DNA from: a virus
Strand: one strand, 5' to 3'
IMG/VR virus record: IMGVR_UViG_3300036770_001786
Coordinates: 1 to 59,163 of that record
Length of the DNA: 59,163 nt
Shown piece by piece: positions 8,149-17,295 of the stretch (positions are counted from its first letter, which is position 1; each line of letters opens with the position of its first letter). The position numbers and the translations under genes are program-made. Below the pieces are notes generated by a model. That model had not been told where the DNA came from and searched no databases. It saw nothing but the letters and a program-made list of their open reading frames with translations.

Positions 8149-8685
8149 TCAGGTAAAGACGGGGACGGGTTGAGGTTTCTCAAGATCACTTGTACCCTCT
8201 TCAACCATGCCGAGTGGACGACCCCTGCTATCGCGCGGAAGGTTCTCAGCTTGAACCCGAATTTTATCGGCCTCGTCCTGAGGGGCATAATGGTGCAGCT
8301 CTTCCATAATCTGCTGATAGATTTCCATCGGCAGTTTATAGAGTAGCATTTCATTGCAAGCCACGAACCCTTCATGCTCCCCGGCTTTAACTTTGTAGTT
8401 TTCAAAGCCTGGAACTTCTTCGATTCGGACTGGCTGATAGCCCATGCGCATGCGTTTGTGAATCGGGTCATACCCGTTAGTGGTGGAAAGCCAGCACAAG
8501 TGATACCCCGGAATATCCGGTGGCTTTGGGAGGGATTCTTGAATCCACTCATTGCGGAACATCCTACGACGCTCCTGTGCACTTGCCATATCATCAGTAG
8601 CTGAACCGCGCAGTTGTACGTCCTGCGATGCGCGGGACTCACGGCCACCTACCGATAAATCTTTTTTAAGTCGTTCGTCTTTCAT
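8149..8685 (-). CDS. Hypothetical head-module protein
   Basis: 178 aa (PGYHLCWLSTTNGYDPIHKRMRMGYQPV...). The overlapping ORF 8124..8648 in another frame looks non-protein-like. Confidence 0.75.
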   Translation of the reverse strand: MKDERLKKDLSVGGRESRASQDVQLRGSATDDMASAQERRRMFRNEWIQESLPKPPDIPGYHLCWLSTTNGYDPIHKRMRMGYQPVRIEEVPGFENYKVKAGEHEGFVACNEMLLYKLPMEIYQQIMEELHHYAPQDEADKIRVQAENLPRDSRGRPLGMVEEGTSDLEKPQPVPVFT

Positions 8686-8688
8686 CTC

Positions 8689-9657
8689 TTAACCCCTTGT
8701 GCCATTTTGGCGGTCGTATTCCATGTATTTGCGGATCATTTTCTTGCGCTCTTCGATATTGTCCCAGCGCCCAGACTCCTTGATGGCGCGGACACGCTCG
8801 GGGGACAGCCTGAATTCGCTGCCGCCTGCCGAAGAACTGCTTTCCCTACCTGACCCAGTGACCACGGAACGAGGTCTCCTTGTTGAAGACGATGACCTTT
8901 CATCGTTGGACGAATTATAACGGTGCGGAAGGTATTTTGTCAATCTCCTATCCAGCTCATCCCAGTAATCCTCCGTCGTCGGATCGTATCCCTCCTCGGT
9001 TAGAGCCTCGTCGACCTTAATCGTGACACGCGAATCGAGGTCCTTCCCGTTCGGGTCGTACCAGTCATTGCGGGCCATCCAGTCGGAAGCCAACCGCTTG
9101 AGCCTCGGATCGGGTGCTTTAGGCACCGAAGACCCGTCGGCACCGGCCACGGCCTTTTTCTTAAGGGCTTCGAGCGCCTCGGCTTGCCGTCGAGCCTCGT
9201 ACCACTGCTCTTGAGCATTTGCCAGGGCCTCTCCGTCGGCCAATTCGGTGGCCTTCTTAATTTCCATCTTGGCGAATTGCAGTTTTAGATGCGAGTCTTC
9301 GATCGCCTTGTCCAGTCGAGCCATATCCGAACCCGCCGTCCGCTTTTCGAGGACCGCCAGACGCTCGGCCATTTGCTCATTCTGGCGTTTCAGCTGGTTG
9401 ATTAGGTGCTGCGACTCACTGATTTTAGCCTTCGTGAGCTGCTTCTTGAGCTGTCGCTCCTCTCGACGCGCCGCTCGAATCGCTTCGCGCTCGGGATCGA
9501 CCCCCGAAGACCCGTCGGAACCATCATCGGAGTCACTCGGACCCCCTTCCGACATCTCTTGCGACTCCTGAGGCGATGTCTCGCCCTCCGGAAGCTGCAC
9601 CGTGGCCGATCCGTCCTGCTCTTCGGCCACCTGTAGATCTTTATCTTGTTCACTCAT
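8689..9657 (-). CDS. Scaffolding protein (putative)
   Basis: Acidic N-terminus, a long charged coiled-coil segment (QLKKQLTKAKISESQHLINQLKRQNEQMAERLAVLEKR) and a position between portal and MCP. ATGA overlap with the upstream gene. Confidence 0.6.
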   Translation of the reverse strand: MSEQDKDLQVAEEQDGSATVQLPEGETSPQESQEMSEGGPSDSDDGSDGSSGVDPEREAIRAARREERQLKKQLTKAKISESQHLINQLKRQNEQMAERLAVLEKRTAGSDMARLDKAIEDSHLKLQFAKMEIKKATELADGEALANAQEQWYEARRQAEALEALKKKAVAGADGSSVPKAPDPRLKRLASDWMARNDWYDPNGKDLDSRVTIKVDEALTEEGYDPTTEDYWDELDRRLTKYLPHRYNSSNDERSSSSTRRPRSVVTGSGRESSSSAGGSEFRLSPERVRAIKESGRWDNIEERKKMIRKYMEYDRQNGTRG

Positions 9658-10088
9658 AGGAATGCCCTCACTTTCAGCGGATCTCCGGTGACCTTCGCGA
9701 TCACCTCGTGGTCATTGAAGACCGAAAACAGCGCCGTCTCGCCTATTGCGGGATCCCCAAAGGGTACTTCCCAGCGATCGCCGCCCCATTTCGGCACGCG
9801 CACGTAATCACCGACTTCCACCCAATTGCCTTCCGGCCAGGGTTCGAGCGTATCACGCTTTTTGAATGCCAACGGACCCACCGCGATCACCTTTGCTACT
9901 TGGTTGTTCCACTTCTCAGTCTCTTTCGTCTCTTCGACAAGGACTATGCCTGAGGCCGTGGTCTTTTTGATCGTTTGCCGCCACTGGACTAAAATACGTC
10001 CACCGACAGGCGATGCACCCGGGTCCACCTCGGGAAATGCTTCCCGCAACGCGGCTTCATTCGAAGCAACCGGTTCACTCATGTTCAT
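9654..10088 (-). CDS. GroES-like co-chaperonin (Cpn10 fold)
   Basis: GGRILVQWRQ..TASGIVLVEET...VAKVIAVGP...VEVGDYVRVPKWGG...LFSVFNDHEVIAKV aligns by eye with GroES (DRVIVKR..SAGGIVL..GEVLAVGNG..VKVGDIVIF..ILAIV). Confidence 0.7.
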   Translation of the reverse strand: MNMSEPVASNEAALREAFPEVDPGASPVGGRILVQWRQTIKKTTASGIVLVEETKETEKWNNQVAKVIAVGPLAFKKRDTLEPWPEGNWVEVGDYVRVPKWGGDRWEVPFGDPAIGETALFSVFNDHEVIAKVTGDPLKVRAFL

Positions 10089-10266
10089 CTGGTTCCCTTA
10101 AAATTTCGTTAAGTATATCCAGAGCTTTCTCAAGCCCTTGATACTGGCCCACGAGGCGTTGGTACGACTCAAAGTTTACCGCGTGACCCTCAACGAGTGA
10201 CATTGAAATACGATTTTGTTCGGCCTTCACCATTCCGATGAAGTCCGAAGTTGATCGTACGGCCAT
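10075..10266 (-). CDS. Hypothetical small protein (63 aa)
   Basis: ORF tightly packed between neighbouring genes, helical-looking sequence. Confidence 0.6.
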   Translation of the reverse strand: MAVRSTSDFIGMVKAEQNRISMSLVEGHAVNFESYQRLVGQYQGLEKALDILNEILREPDEHE

Positions 10267-10267
10267 A

Positions 10268-10447
10268 CTACTTGGACTTCACACGGGCGAGAGCACCCGA
10301 GGAAGCATTGCCACGAGTGTTCGAGGACGACTTCTGCCCTTGACTACCCTTGGACTGCAGCGAGGTGCCATCAAGCTTAGCACCCATGGCGAGGCGGGCC
10401 TTCATACGAACCATCTCGCTCATTTGTTCTTGATCAGACGTTGCCAT
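10268..10447 (-). CDS. Hypothetical small basic protein (59 aa)
   Basis: ATG 10447 is preceded by AAGGAG at 8 nt. The track start at 10456 is less likely. Confidence 0.6.
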   Translation of the reverse strand: MATSDQEQMSEMVRMKARLAMGAKLDGTSLQSKGSQGQKSSSNTRGNASSGALARVKSK

Positions 10448-12977
10448 TTTCAGCACTCCTTAAGTTTTCGGTTGCGCCTTGCAGCGCGGTTAATGCAGCT
10501 TGCTGCTGCTCCTGCTGCAGAGCGACGGTGTCGCGCGTAATCTCCGCAGTCTTGATTCGTTCATCGGTCAGGTTATCGGCGGCATTCAACGCGATCTTGA
10601 TCTGCTGCTCCCGGTTTGCACGCAATGCCTCCTGGGTCAGTCGCTCTTTTTCCAGCGCCAGATCGGCCTTGTCCTTTTCGGCTCGCCGTTGAGTCTCGGC
10701 CATCGAAGTCTGCAGGATCACCTGATCGCCGCCGTCCATTGGTGGCTTAGGCGCAAACTGCTGCATCACCTGCTGGATCTGCTGAATGGCGGGCATGACC
10801 TTGGAGAAAGACTCCTGCACGTCCATCATCGTGTGCTGCGAAGCCAACGCGAAGAGCTTGTCCACATCGCCCGTGATGCCGGCCACGTGGTAATCTTTGA
10901 TCTTGCCCCCGAGCGACTCTTCCACGTACCCGTTCATGTGGTTCATGTACCAGAGCATTAGGTGCTGCTTGAGGTGCTCCATCACCATCGGCAAGAAAGT
11001 ACGCGCGATGATCGGGTTACTACCTAGCATCGGATTCAGCGCATAGTCCAAGTGCGCCTGGATGTGCGCCAATTGATTCTGGTGTGGGTATGCATAGGCG
11101 GCACGACCAATCGACATTGCGGCATTTTCCTCCGCTGCATTAATCTCCATCGGCTCCGCGATTGCCGGCATAAGCTCGGTGATGTTGGGGATCTTCATCT
11201 GCTTGAGCGCCCGGTACACCACCGCCCGCTGGTCGAACAGCTGCGGGTACTCCTTCATGTACGCCATGACCGCCTGATTCTGGGCCATGCGTTGCGTCTC
11301 GGAGAAAATGTGGGGGTCCGACACCGGAATCACATCGGTCGAGCGATTAAAGTCTTCACGACGGATTTCGAGATTCGCCGGTACCTCGGGGTTCAGCATG
11401 TCCTCGATGTACCAGCGGTTGATCCGCTGCAGGATCATGAGCGTCTTGCGTTGCGACTCGTGCAGGCGGGCGTGAATCGCGGAGAAAACGGCGGCGCCCT
11501 GCTCAATCAGCGCCTGCGTCGTGCCGACGGGAGCAGTGCCCGGGATGTCGGCGATCTTTTCTTCCGATGTGGTGACCACGCCTTTCGCGGCATTCGTCAG
11601 CCACCCAAGCAGCTTGAACAGCGTTTCGCTCGGCGGGTTGAAGGGCATCGGCATCGCGATCTTGCGGATGTCGTCCACACCCGGTGCACCCTCGATCTCG
11701 GTTACCTGAGTGACGTCGACCGACTGGCTTTGCCCCGAAATCTTCGCCCCTTTAAGCTTCAGCATCGTGGCCGAGTTATTGATGTGCGCAGTATCGAGCA
11801 GCGCACGCAACGAGCCAGTGAGTGCAGCAGACAGGCCACCGATCAGGTGCGGCAGGCCGATCGCATAAGCACCACGCCAGGGGATAAACTTCCACTCCAC
11901 GACCCAGTCGAGCTTGGTCATCGTCGGGTCGCCCTGCTCCCAGTTGCGGTACAGACCCAACACCTCGGTGTCTATCTCGTCGATCATCAGGATGTAAGGC
12001 GCGTACTGACCCTCGGAGAATTTGTCGTCCTCCAGCTCCATGTAGCAGTAAATGTGGTACACACGACGCACGCCGTCCTCATTTTCATTCGGCGTCTTGC
12101 CCTCGACCTTGTTCGTGGCCTTCTGCGCCTCGGAGGTCTCGGGCTCCATGGTGGCACGCACGAATGACACGTCGCGGTACAGGCCCTGCGAGATCCGGTC
12201 CTGGAAGGTCTGCTGCGTGATGTCGTGGATCTCGGTCGCACGCTGCGCGGTGTAGAAATTGTTCGACGCGAAGGGCAGTAGCATGTTGTCGATCGGGATA
12301 AACTCGACATCCGGGCGACGCAACCGAGCATCCCACCACATCTTCATGTACTGCGAGCCACCTAGCGGCAGCTGCGTGAGCAGCACCTCTTGCTCGTCCC
12401 GGAAATTCGGGATCTGCTCGGTGAGCTGCCAATTCATGAAATCACGCTTGCGCTCAGCCCGCTTCGTCTGCTCCTCGGTCGCCTCGCCTACCACATGCGT
12501 GCGCACCGGACCATCAGGCGGGAACAGCTCTTTGATCGCCCGTGCCTCGAAGTCCACGCAGGCCTCAGCCATCACCGGGTGCACCACCTTGCTTGCACCC
12601 TGGAAGTCGGCACCACCCGGCGCGTCATTACCAAGACCCGTGCGGCGAATGCCCTCCTCGTACTGTTTATCGCGCTCTTTGCGCGCCTGCTTGTCCTTCT
12701 CGATCAGCTCCAGGTAGCGTAACGCAAGCTTCTGCATCTCGTACTCGGGCATCGTGTCGGCCAGATTCTGGTAGAAGTCCTCGTCCTCATTCGGACCCTT
12801 GAACTCCTCCATGCGCACGATGGCAGACCCATCGGGCTGCTCCTCGACTTCGGCGAATTCCTCCTCGATGTCGACAAACGTGCCGTCATCTTCCTCTTCA
12901 CCTTCCATCATCTCTTCCCCTTCGAGCATCTCTTCATCCTCGACGGGCATTTGGGGTTGCGGAAATTCGATTGCCAT
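10434..12977 (-). CDS. Portal protein
   Basis: 847 aa, one gene downstream of TerL. Acidic N-terminus and a long C-terminal helical/coiled segment (..ALEKERLTQEALRANREQQIKIALNAADNL..) like P22-type portal barrels. Confidence 0.75.
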   Translation of the reverse strand: MAIEFPQPQMPVEDEEMLEGEEMMEGEEEDDGTFVDIEEEFAEVEEQPDGSAIVRMEEFKGPNEDEDFYQNLADTMPEYEMQKLALRYLELIEKDKQARKERDKQYEEGIRRTGLGNDAPGGADFQGASKVVHPVMAEACVDFEARAIKELFPPDGPVRTHVVGEATEEQTKRAERKRDFMNWQLTEQIPNFRDEQEVLLTQLPLGGSQYMKMWWDARLRRPDVEFIPIDNMLLPFASNNFYTAQRATEIHDITQQTFQDRISQGLYRDVSFVRATMEPETSEAQKATNKVEGKTPNENEDGVRRVYHIYCYMELEDDKFSEGQYAPYILMIDEIDTEVLGLYRNWEQGDPTMTKLDWVVEWKFIPWRGAYAIGLPHLIGGLSAALTGSLRALLDTAHINNSATMLKLKGAKISGQSQSVDVTQVTEIEGAPGVDDIRKIAMPMPFNPPSETLFKLLGWLTNAAKGVVTTSEEKIADIPGTAPVGTTQALIEQGAAVFSAIHARLHESQRKTLMILQRINRWYIEDMLNPEVPANLEIRREDFNRSTDVIPVSDPHIFSETQRMAQNQAVMAYMKEYPQLFDQRAVVYRALKQMKIPNITELMPAIAEPMEINAAEENAAMSIGRAAYAYPHQNQLAHIQAHLDYALNPMLGSNPIIARTFLPMVMEHLKQHLMLWYMNHMNGYVEESLGGKIKDYHVAGITGDVDKLFALASQHTMMDVQESFSKVMPAIQQIQQVMQQFAPKPPMDGGDQVILQTSMAETQRRAEKDKADLALEKERLTQEALRANREQQIKIALNAADNLTDERIKTAEITRDTVALQQEQQQAALTALQGATENLRSAENGNV

Positions 12978-12986
12978 AGTTTAGCC

Positions 12987-14294
12987 CTAATCGTAGTAAT
13001 CTTCGTCATCCATCTCGTCAAAAAGCGACTTTGGGTCAAAGTCCTCCTCATACCCATAGTAATCACGGAATTTAGCCTCGTCGAACGGTATACCAAGTTT
13101 AGCAGCCCGCTCCTGTGCAGCTTCTAGACGATTTTGATAGGTTAATGATGGCGACATCTCAGCGATGTCTATGTCGGTTTGACGAGCTGCTTCGATAAGC
13201 TCCTTGTAGAGATCAGGGTTAACCGCCTTAATCTCGCGCAGCGTCTTGCGCAACGGCTCGTCACTCCCTCTATTTAGGAATCGGTTCAGGATGTCGAGTG
13301 GTCCGGGTGCGTAAAGCTCATCGGAGGCGTCGAACACTGAATAAGGGTCGCGCAATCGTGCGACATCGTATTCGGCCATCTCCTCGATAAAATCAGGATC
13401 TAAATCTTGACCCGTTGATTTTAAATAAGACTTAGCGATTTGTTCGTTTGATTTACCTTTTTTAATTCCCTGAGCAACAATACCGGCAAAGGTCGTGGGA
13501 GAGAGTGGTGCAGCTTTCACCACCTCTTTCGCCACACTCATCGGCGTGGACCCCGCTGCTTTCATTAAAGCACCCATCGCACCTCGTGGTGCTGCGGCCT
13601 GAATGGCCTGTCCCACACCAGCACGCAACACGTCGCGACGCGACATGGGCACGTTCATCGCCTCGGTGATCGAAGCGGTGGTCTCACCCTTCTTCGGCGA
13701 CTTCTTGACCTCCTCTTTGACTACGACCTCACCGGGCTTGGGCGTAACGTCCTTGGGCAGTCCGATCGCGGCACGGCGGGACGGATCAGGCGCATCTTTG
13801 GTGGCCTTGGCCTTGCTCTTACCAAGCAGCGTCTGCGCCAGGAAGTCGATCGCACCACCCTTGCCGAACTTCGGCACTTGCTGCTGGTCCAGGGCGTTGA
13901 GGATCGCACTTAACTCGTCCGTCGCCATCTGACCCTCGTTAGGAGCACGACGCGCACGACGCATGCTACCCAACGCGGACTTCGCAACGTCCCTCACACC
14001 ACGCGCAGCGGGCGAAACCATGCCGGCACCAAACAGCGCGTCCATCAGGTACTCGCGATCAGTGGTCTGCGGGATACGCGACCCCGTGCCCTTGGGCGCC
14101 ATGCGAAACAGCGGGTCACCATAGCTGAGCTTCTCCACGAACTCGGAGGAGACAGGCAGCAGCAGGTCAAGCGGCAGCTCCGCGTACTTGTCGATCCCGC
14201 CCTCAATCGCCGACAGATAACGTGCGACTTCGGCAAGGAACTGGTTTTGCTCCGGAGCGCGAAGCTCGGGTGTTTTGCTTTCATCAAATGGCAT
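12987..14294 (-). CDS. Hypothetical protein between TerL and portal, with an internal Tat-signal-like segment and an acidic C-terminus
   Basis: 435 aa. Contains MNVPMSRRDVLRAGVGQAIQAAAP at aa 213-236, KFGKGGAIDF, and ends DEMDDEDYYD. Confidence 0.75.
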   Translation of the reverse strand: MPFDESKTPELRAPEQNQFLAEVARYLSAIEGGIDKYAELPLDLLLPVSSEFVEKLSYGDPLFRMAPKGTGSRIPQTTDREYLMDALFGAGMVSPAARGVRDVAKSALGSMRRARRAPNEGQMATDELSAILNALDQQQVPKFGKGGAIDFLAQTLLGKSKAKATKDAPDPSRRAAIGLPKDVTPKPGEVVVKEEVKKSPKKGETTASITEAMNVPMSRRDVLRAGVGQAIQAAAPRGAMGALMKAAGSTPMSVAKEVVKAAPLSPTTFAGIVAQGIKKGKSNEQIAKSYLKSTGQDLDPDFIEEMAEYDVARLRDPYSVFDASDELYAPGPLDILNRFLNRGSDEPLRKTLREIKAVNPDLYKELIEAARQTDIDIAEMSPSLTYQNRLEAAQERAAKLGIPFDEAKFRDYYGYEEDFDPKSLFDEMDDEDYYD

Positions 14295-15720
14295 ACGGGT
14301 TCACCCTTTGCTGGCGTTGTTCGTCCTCGTCGTAGTACTCGGACTCGGGCGGCGGTGGGTCAATCGAAAGGAAGGTCAAGTCACGCAGCAAACGCAACGC
14401 CTGCGAAACTGTGTCGGTCAGGTCATCACGCTGCGACTCGGGGAAAGAGCAGACCTGCGACACCAACGGCTCTGCCCAATCACGCGGCTGGCCTCGGTGC
14501 TGCAGGGACTCGGGCACGTAGACGCGGCCACGAGCAATCACGTTGGCCACCAGATGCAAACGCTGCACCTTATCGGCTCGCCCAGGATTGTACGCACGGC
14601 ACGGGATACCAGCACGCTGCAGATCCTGAATGATCGAGATGCCTGCGGCCTTGTCCTCAACGAGCACCATGTCGACCTTCTTGCCCGGTTCGCCGTAGAT
14701 CGAGCCGTACTCCTCGATAATCTTGGGGCGAAGGTCGGGGTAGGCCAGGAAGTCCTCCCAACAGTCGATGAGCATGGCGCAGAAGGGCGAGTCGTCGTCA
14801 GGGCGAAAGATGCCCCAGACGCTGCACGCAGTCGGATCGTTGATCGTTTTCTCGGTGTACGCGCAGTCGTAGGACTGCAGCACGTAGATGAACTCGGGGA
14901 ATTCGCGATCGGCAGGCCAGAGGCGAAACCAGTCGCGCTTGATGATGCCGTAGTCCTCGGGGTCGATCACCTCGGCGTAAAGCTCCTGGCGTCCGATGCG
15001 CGTGCCCTCATACTGCGAGATGATTTCGTCCCTAAACGACGGTGCGAGATTCACGAAATTCTCATGCGTCGTGCCTGTGGTCAGGTAAGTGCGCTCATCT
15101 TCCATCAGTCGCCGCACAATGGGAATCGGCTTGGGCGTGGTAGTCACCACACCACGTGGACGAGTACCAAGACGCAGACCGAACATGAGGTTTGACCACA
15201 TCTCCTCGGCATTACGGAACTTGGCCAGCTCATCCACCCAGAATAGGTCGTGCTGCGGTCCCCGGAGTGTCTCGGGGTCATTGTCCGAGTAGATCGTGGC
15301 AATGGCACCGTTGGGCCACTCAATGCGTCTCTTAGATGGCACGAAAGTGGGCTTGCATGACGGGTGCGAGATGGCCAGGATGCCCGATTCGCCCTCAATC
15401 ATAACGTCGCGCGCATCGCCCGCGTCTTCCGCTATCAGTGCGATACGGGAGGCCAGCTTGTTTTCGACGTGATAGCGCACGAACTCGGCGCCGCATCGTG
15501 TTTTGCCCCACCCGCGACCGGCCAAAATGAGCCACGTTACCCACCAGTCCTCCTGAGGCACAAGCTGATTCGGGCGTGCCCAGGTCTGCCAATCATAGAA
15601 GAGTTCGACGACTTCAGGCGGAGTGAGCGAAGCGCAAAACTCCTCCCAGCTCTCGCTTTCAGGAATCTGTTTCTTCTTGCGTCTTTGACTTCGCGCTAAG
15701 CCGTTGGGCAAGACGATCAC
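14284..15720 (-). CDS. terL: Terminase large subunit
   Basis: Walker A LILAGRGWGKTRCGAEFV, FWVDELA, and a C-terminal nuclease half (SYDCAYT...LVEDKAAG...DDLTD). Resembles the GTA/Terminase_6 type TerL of alphaproteobacterial elements. GTG start. Confidence 0.9.
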   Translation of the reverse strand: MIVLPNGLARSQRRKKKQIPESESWEEFCASLTPPEVVELFYDWQTWARPNQLVPQEDWWVTWLILAGRGWGKTRCGAEFVRYHVENKLASRIALIAEDAGDARDVMIEGESGILAISHPSCKPTFVPSKRRIEWPNGAIATIYSDNDPETLRGPQHDLFWVDELAKFRNAEEMWSNLMFGLRLGTRPRGVVTTTPKPIPIVRRLMEDERTYLTTGTTHENFVNLAPSFRDEIISQYEGTRIGRQELYAEVIDPEDYGIIKRDWFRLWPADREFPEFIYVLQSYDCAYTEKTINDPTACSVWGIFRPDDDSPFCAMLIDCWEDFLAYPDLRPKIIEEYGSIYGEPGKKVDMVLVEDKAAGISIIQDLQRAGIPCRAYNPGRADKVQRLHLVANVIARGRVYVPESLQHRGQPRDWAEPLVSQVCSFPESQRDDLTDTVSQALRLLRDLTFLSIDPPPPESEYYDEDEQRQQRVNPYAI

Positions 15721-16330
15721 GGAGACCCTCTACGTTGACGTTGGTATCAAGAGACCCCGACACGTTCAAACTCACGTCCTTCGCCCGGAAGCGTGAGTCG
15801 TAGCCCATCAGGGTGAACTGCAGCAGCGAATCGCTGTACTTTTTGATTCGGTGTCCGGTGTCGGCGCCCTGATAAAACACGGGCTCTTCCACACCAACCA
15901 CCGAGCGACGATAGGCCTCAGCGCGCATCGAGTCCACCATTTCGTCTTGAATCGAATTCAGCAGCGCGTCGAACAGCGGATGATCACCACGCCACAAATA
16001 AAGCGTCTGCCGACTGACGCAAGCTTTTTTGTAAGCGTAGCGCAGCGAAAACCGCTCCTCCTGACCATCACGAAACTCGGCCAGGATGATGAGCATCTTG
16101 AACGCTTTGGTCTCCTCGTATTTCTTGAGCGTCCCGGTCGCGGTAGCACGAGGGTCGTTGCAATTGAGGGAGGCAGGATTCAGGCACCCGTCGCTGTCGG
16201 GCAGGCGTGAGCGAGTGCGCTTGATCTCAGCAAGCAGCGTCTGAATCTGAACACCCGCACGACGCTCGTACTCGGCGATCGTCTCGGGTCCGATTTCTGA
16301 TAAGTTTACGTTGCCGTCGTTGAAGTACAT
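15659..16330 (-). CDS. terS: Terminase small subunit (putative)
   Basis: Immediately upstream of terL and overlapping it. HTH-like ACVSRQTLYLWRGDHPLF and YSDSLLQFTLMGYDSRF. I prefer ATG 16330 because 16395-16423 is occupied by iterons. The start remains uncertain. Confidence 0.6.
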   Translation of the reverse strand: MYFNDGNVNLSEIGPETIAEYERRAGVQIQTLLAEIKRTRSRLPDSDGCLNPASLNCNDPRATATGTLKKYEETKAFKMLIILAEFRDGQEERFSLRYAYKKACVSRQTLYLWRGDHPLFDALLNSIQDEMVDSMRAEAYRRSVVGVEEPVFYQGADTGHRIKKYSDSLLQFTLMGYDSRFRAKDVSLNVSGSLDTNVNVEGLRDRLAQRLSAKSKTQEETDS

Positions 16331-16499
16331 GAGCGTGATGATAACACGCGTTTGGGTCTCGCCACAATTCAAATGGTTGGAGATGCGTGGTGCGCCGTGT
16401 TCCGTGACTGTTCCGTGAAACAACGAATCGCAGAACGTGAAACAGCTCTCGCGAATTCGACTTACGCACGCGTATGAGACCCCTTACCCCAGAGAGACT

Positions 16500-16562
16500 A
16501 TTATAGTAGTAGAGGGATACTTGGCGTCTGAACGACCCTTCTGTGTTCCATTAAGGTGGAAC
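16500..16562 (-). promoter_or_regulatory. Candidate activator-dependent late promoter
   Basis: A TATAAT reads on the minus strand at 16505-16500, with no acceptable -35 and no TGn. The palindrome GTTCCA-N6-TGGAAC is centred about 51 bp upstream of it. A second TATAAT lies at 16656-16651. Confidence 0.3.
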
Positions 16563-16659
16563 GGGTGACGGAACACCCTACTGCCTCGAAGCCCGCGTCC
16601 TTCGGCCTTTTTCGGAAATTGTTCCGTTGTGTATACCGTTCCATCTGCCAATTATACCT

Positions 16660-16679
16660 CTGTCGCAGGCTTGCGACAG
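16660..16679 (-). terminator. 8-bp stem hairpin ctgtcgca-ggct-tgcgacag at the end of the early module
   Basis: Perfect inverted repeat read directly. The tail is A/U-rich but has no U run. Confidence 0.3.
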
Positions 16680-16788
16680 GATAATGGTCGCGTACGCGTG
16701 TAACGGTGGAACAATTGCTCCGGGGTCCTTCTCTTACGGGGGGCTTCGCTGTTCCATCTCTGTTCCGTCAAGGTAGAACGGTAGAACG

Positions 16789-17295
16789 CTATTTTGGTAT
16801 GCTGATGCTCGGTACTACTCGCAACACTGGTGGCGCCATTGCAGCGGTCACACACGAATTAAACCACGCCTGTTGCAGCAAGTCAATCATCATTTTTGCG
16901 TCGCGCACGTTCCACCCCAGGGCTTGGTGGCCGTACTTGATACGAAATTGGTCGACCGAAAGCCTGTTATTCGCGGCCAGCGCGTCGTGGGCGCCGAGCA
17001 CGAAGATCTCGTTCGTCCGGTCGAAGTGAATAACGAGCCACACGGGGGTCAGTGCCTCTGCGAATCGAAGCGCCCAGGCCTGTTGGCCGGCGGTCCAGTT
17101 CGAGATCTTGAATTTCGTCGTGCCGCGTGTCGGTTGCCGGTAGGCTTTCAGTTCGATCCAACCGTGCACCTCGTGGTGCGAGAAAAAGAGGTCGGGCATT
17201 GACTTTTCGACCCGATTCTCAACGCGGGTTGCCACCCATCGCCCGGACATGAGCGACGAGAGGCGGTCCCAGAGGCGTTGTTCAGGCAGTCGCAT
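16789..17295 (-). CDS. VRR-NUC-like PD-(D/E)xK nuclease
   Basis: SMPDLFFSHHEVHGWIELK...WTAGQQAW fits G-x-PD...E-x-K...Q..W. It co-occurs with SNF2 and AEP primase genes, as in many phage replication modules. Confidence 0.55.
   Translation of the reverse strand: MRLPEQRLWDRLSSLMSGRWVATRVENRVEKSMPDLFFSHHEVHGWIELKAYRQPTRGTTKFKISNWTAGQQAWALRFAEALTPVWLVIHFDRTNEIFVLGAHDALAANNRLSVDQFRIKYGHQALGWNVRDAKMMIDLLQQAWFNSCVTAAMAPPVLRVVPSISIPK

Larger units (their letters stand above)
16395..16788. repeat. Iteron cluster A: at least 10 exact GTTCC/GGAAC cores (consensus TGTTCCR / YGGAACA) plus 2 AGAAC variants
   Basis: Sites (start of each quoted string; exact 5-nt core 0-3 nt inside): 16398 and 16409 (tgttccgtga, 11-bp spacing); 16544-16562 palindrome tGTTCCAttaaggTGGAAC; 16570; 16620; 16637; 16706 (GTGGAACA); 16750 and 16761 (11-bp spacing); 16773-16788 gtAGAACGgtAGAACG. 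Confidence 0.85.

Noticed and set aside
11052-12167. A 371-aa plus-strand ORF, and many other long plus-strand ORFs (for example 14275..15195, 37014..37586, 28482..29039, 1296..1760).
   Set aside because: They lie antisense to well-supported minus-strand genes (portal, TerL, internal protein, polymerase, fibre). They have Arg/Leu/His/Val-rich or Pro/Val/Ser-rich, non-protein-like composition and lack ribosome-binding sites. These are shadow ORFs typical of a mid/high-GC genome.
16587-16612. A plus-strand terminator-like element (cgaag-N8-cttcg followed by TTTTT).
   Set aside because: The stem is only 5-6 bp, and no plus-strand gene exists to terminate. It might limit antisense transcription, but the evidence is too weak to call.
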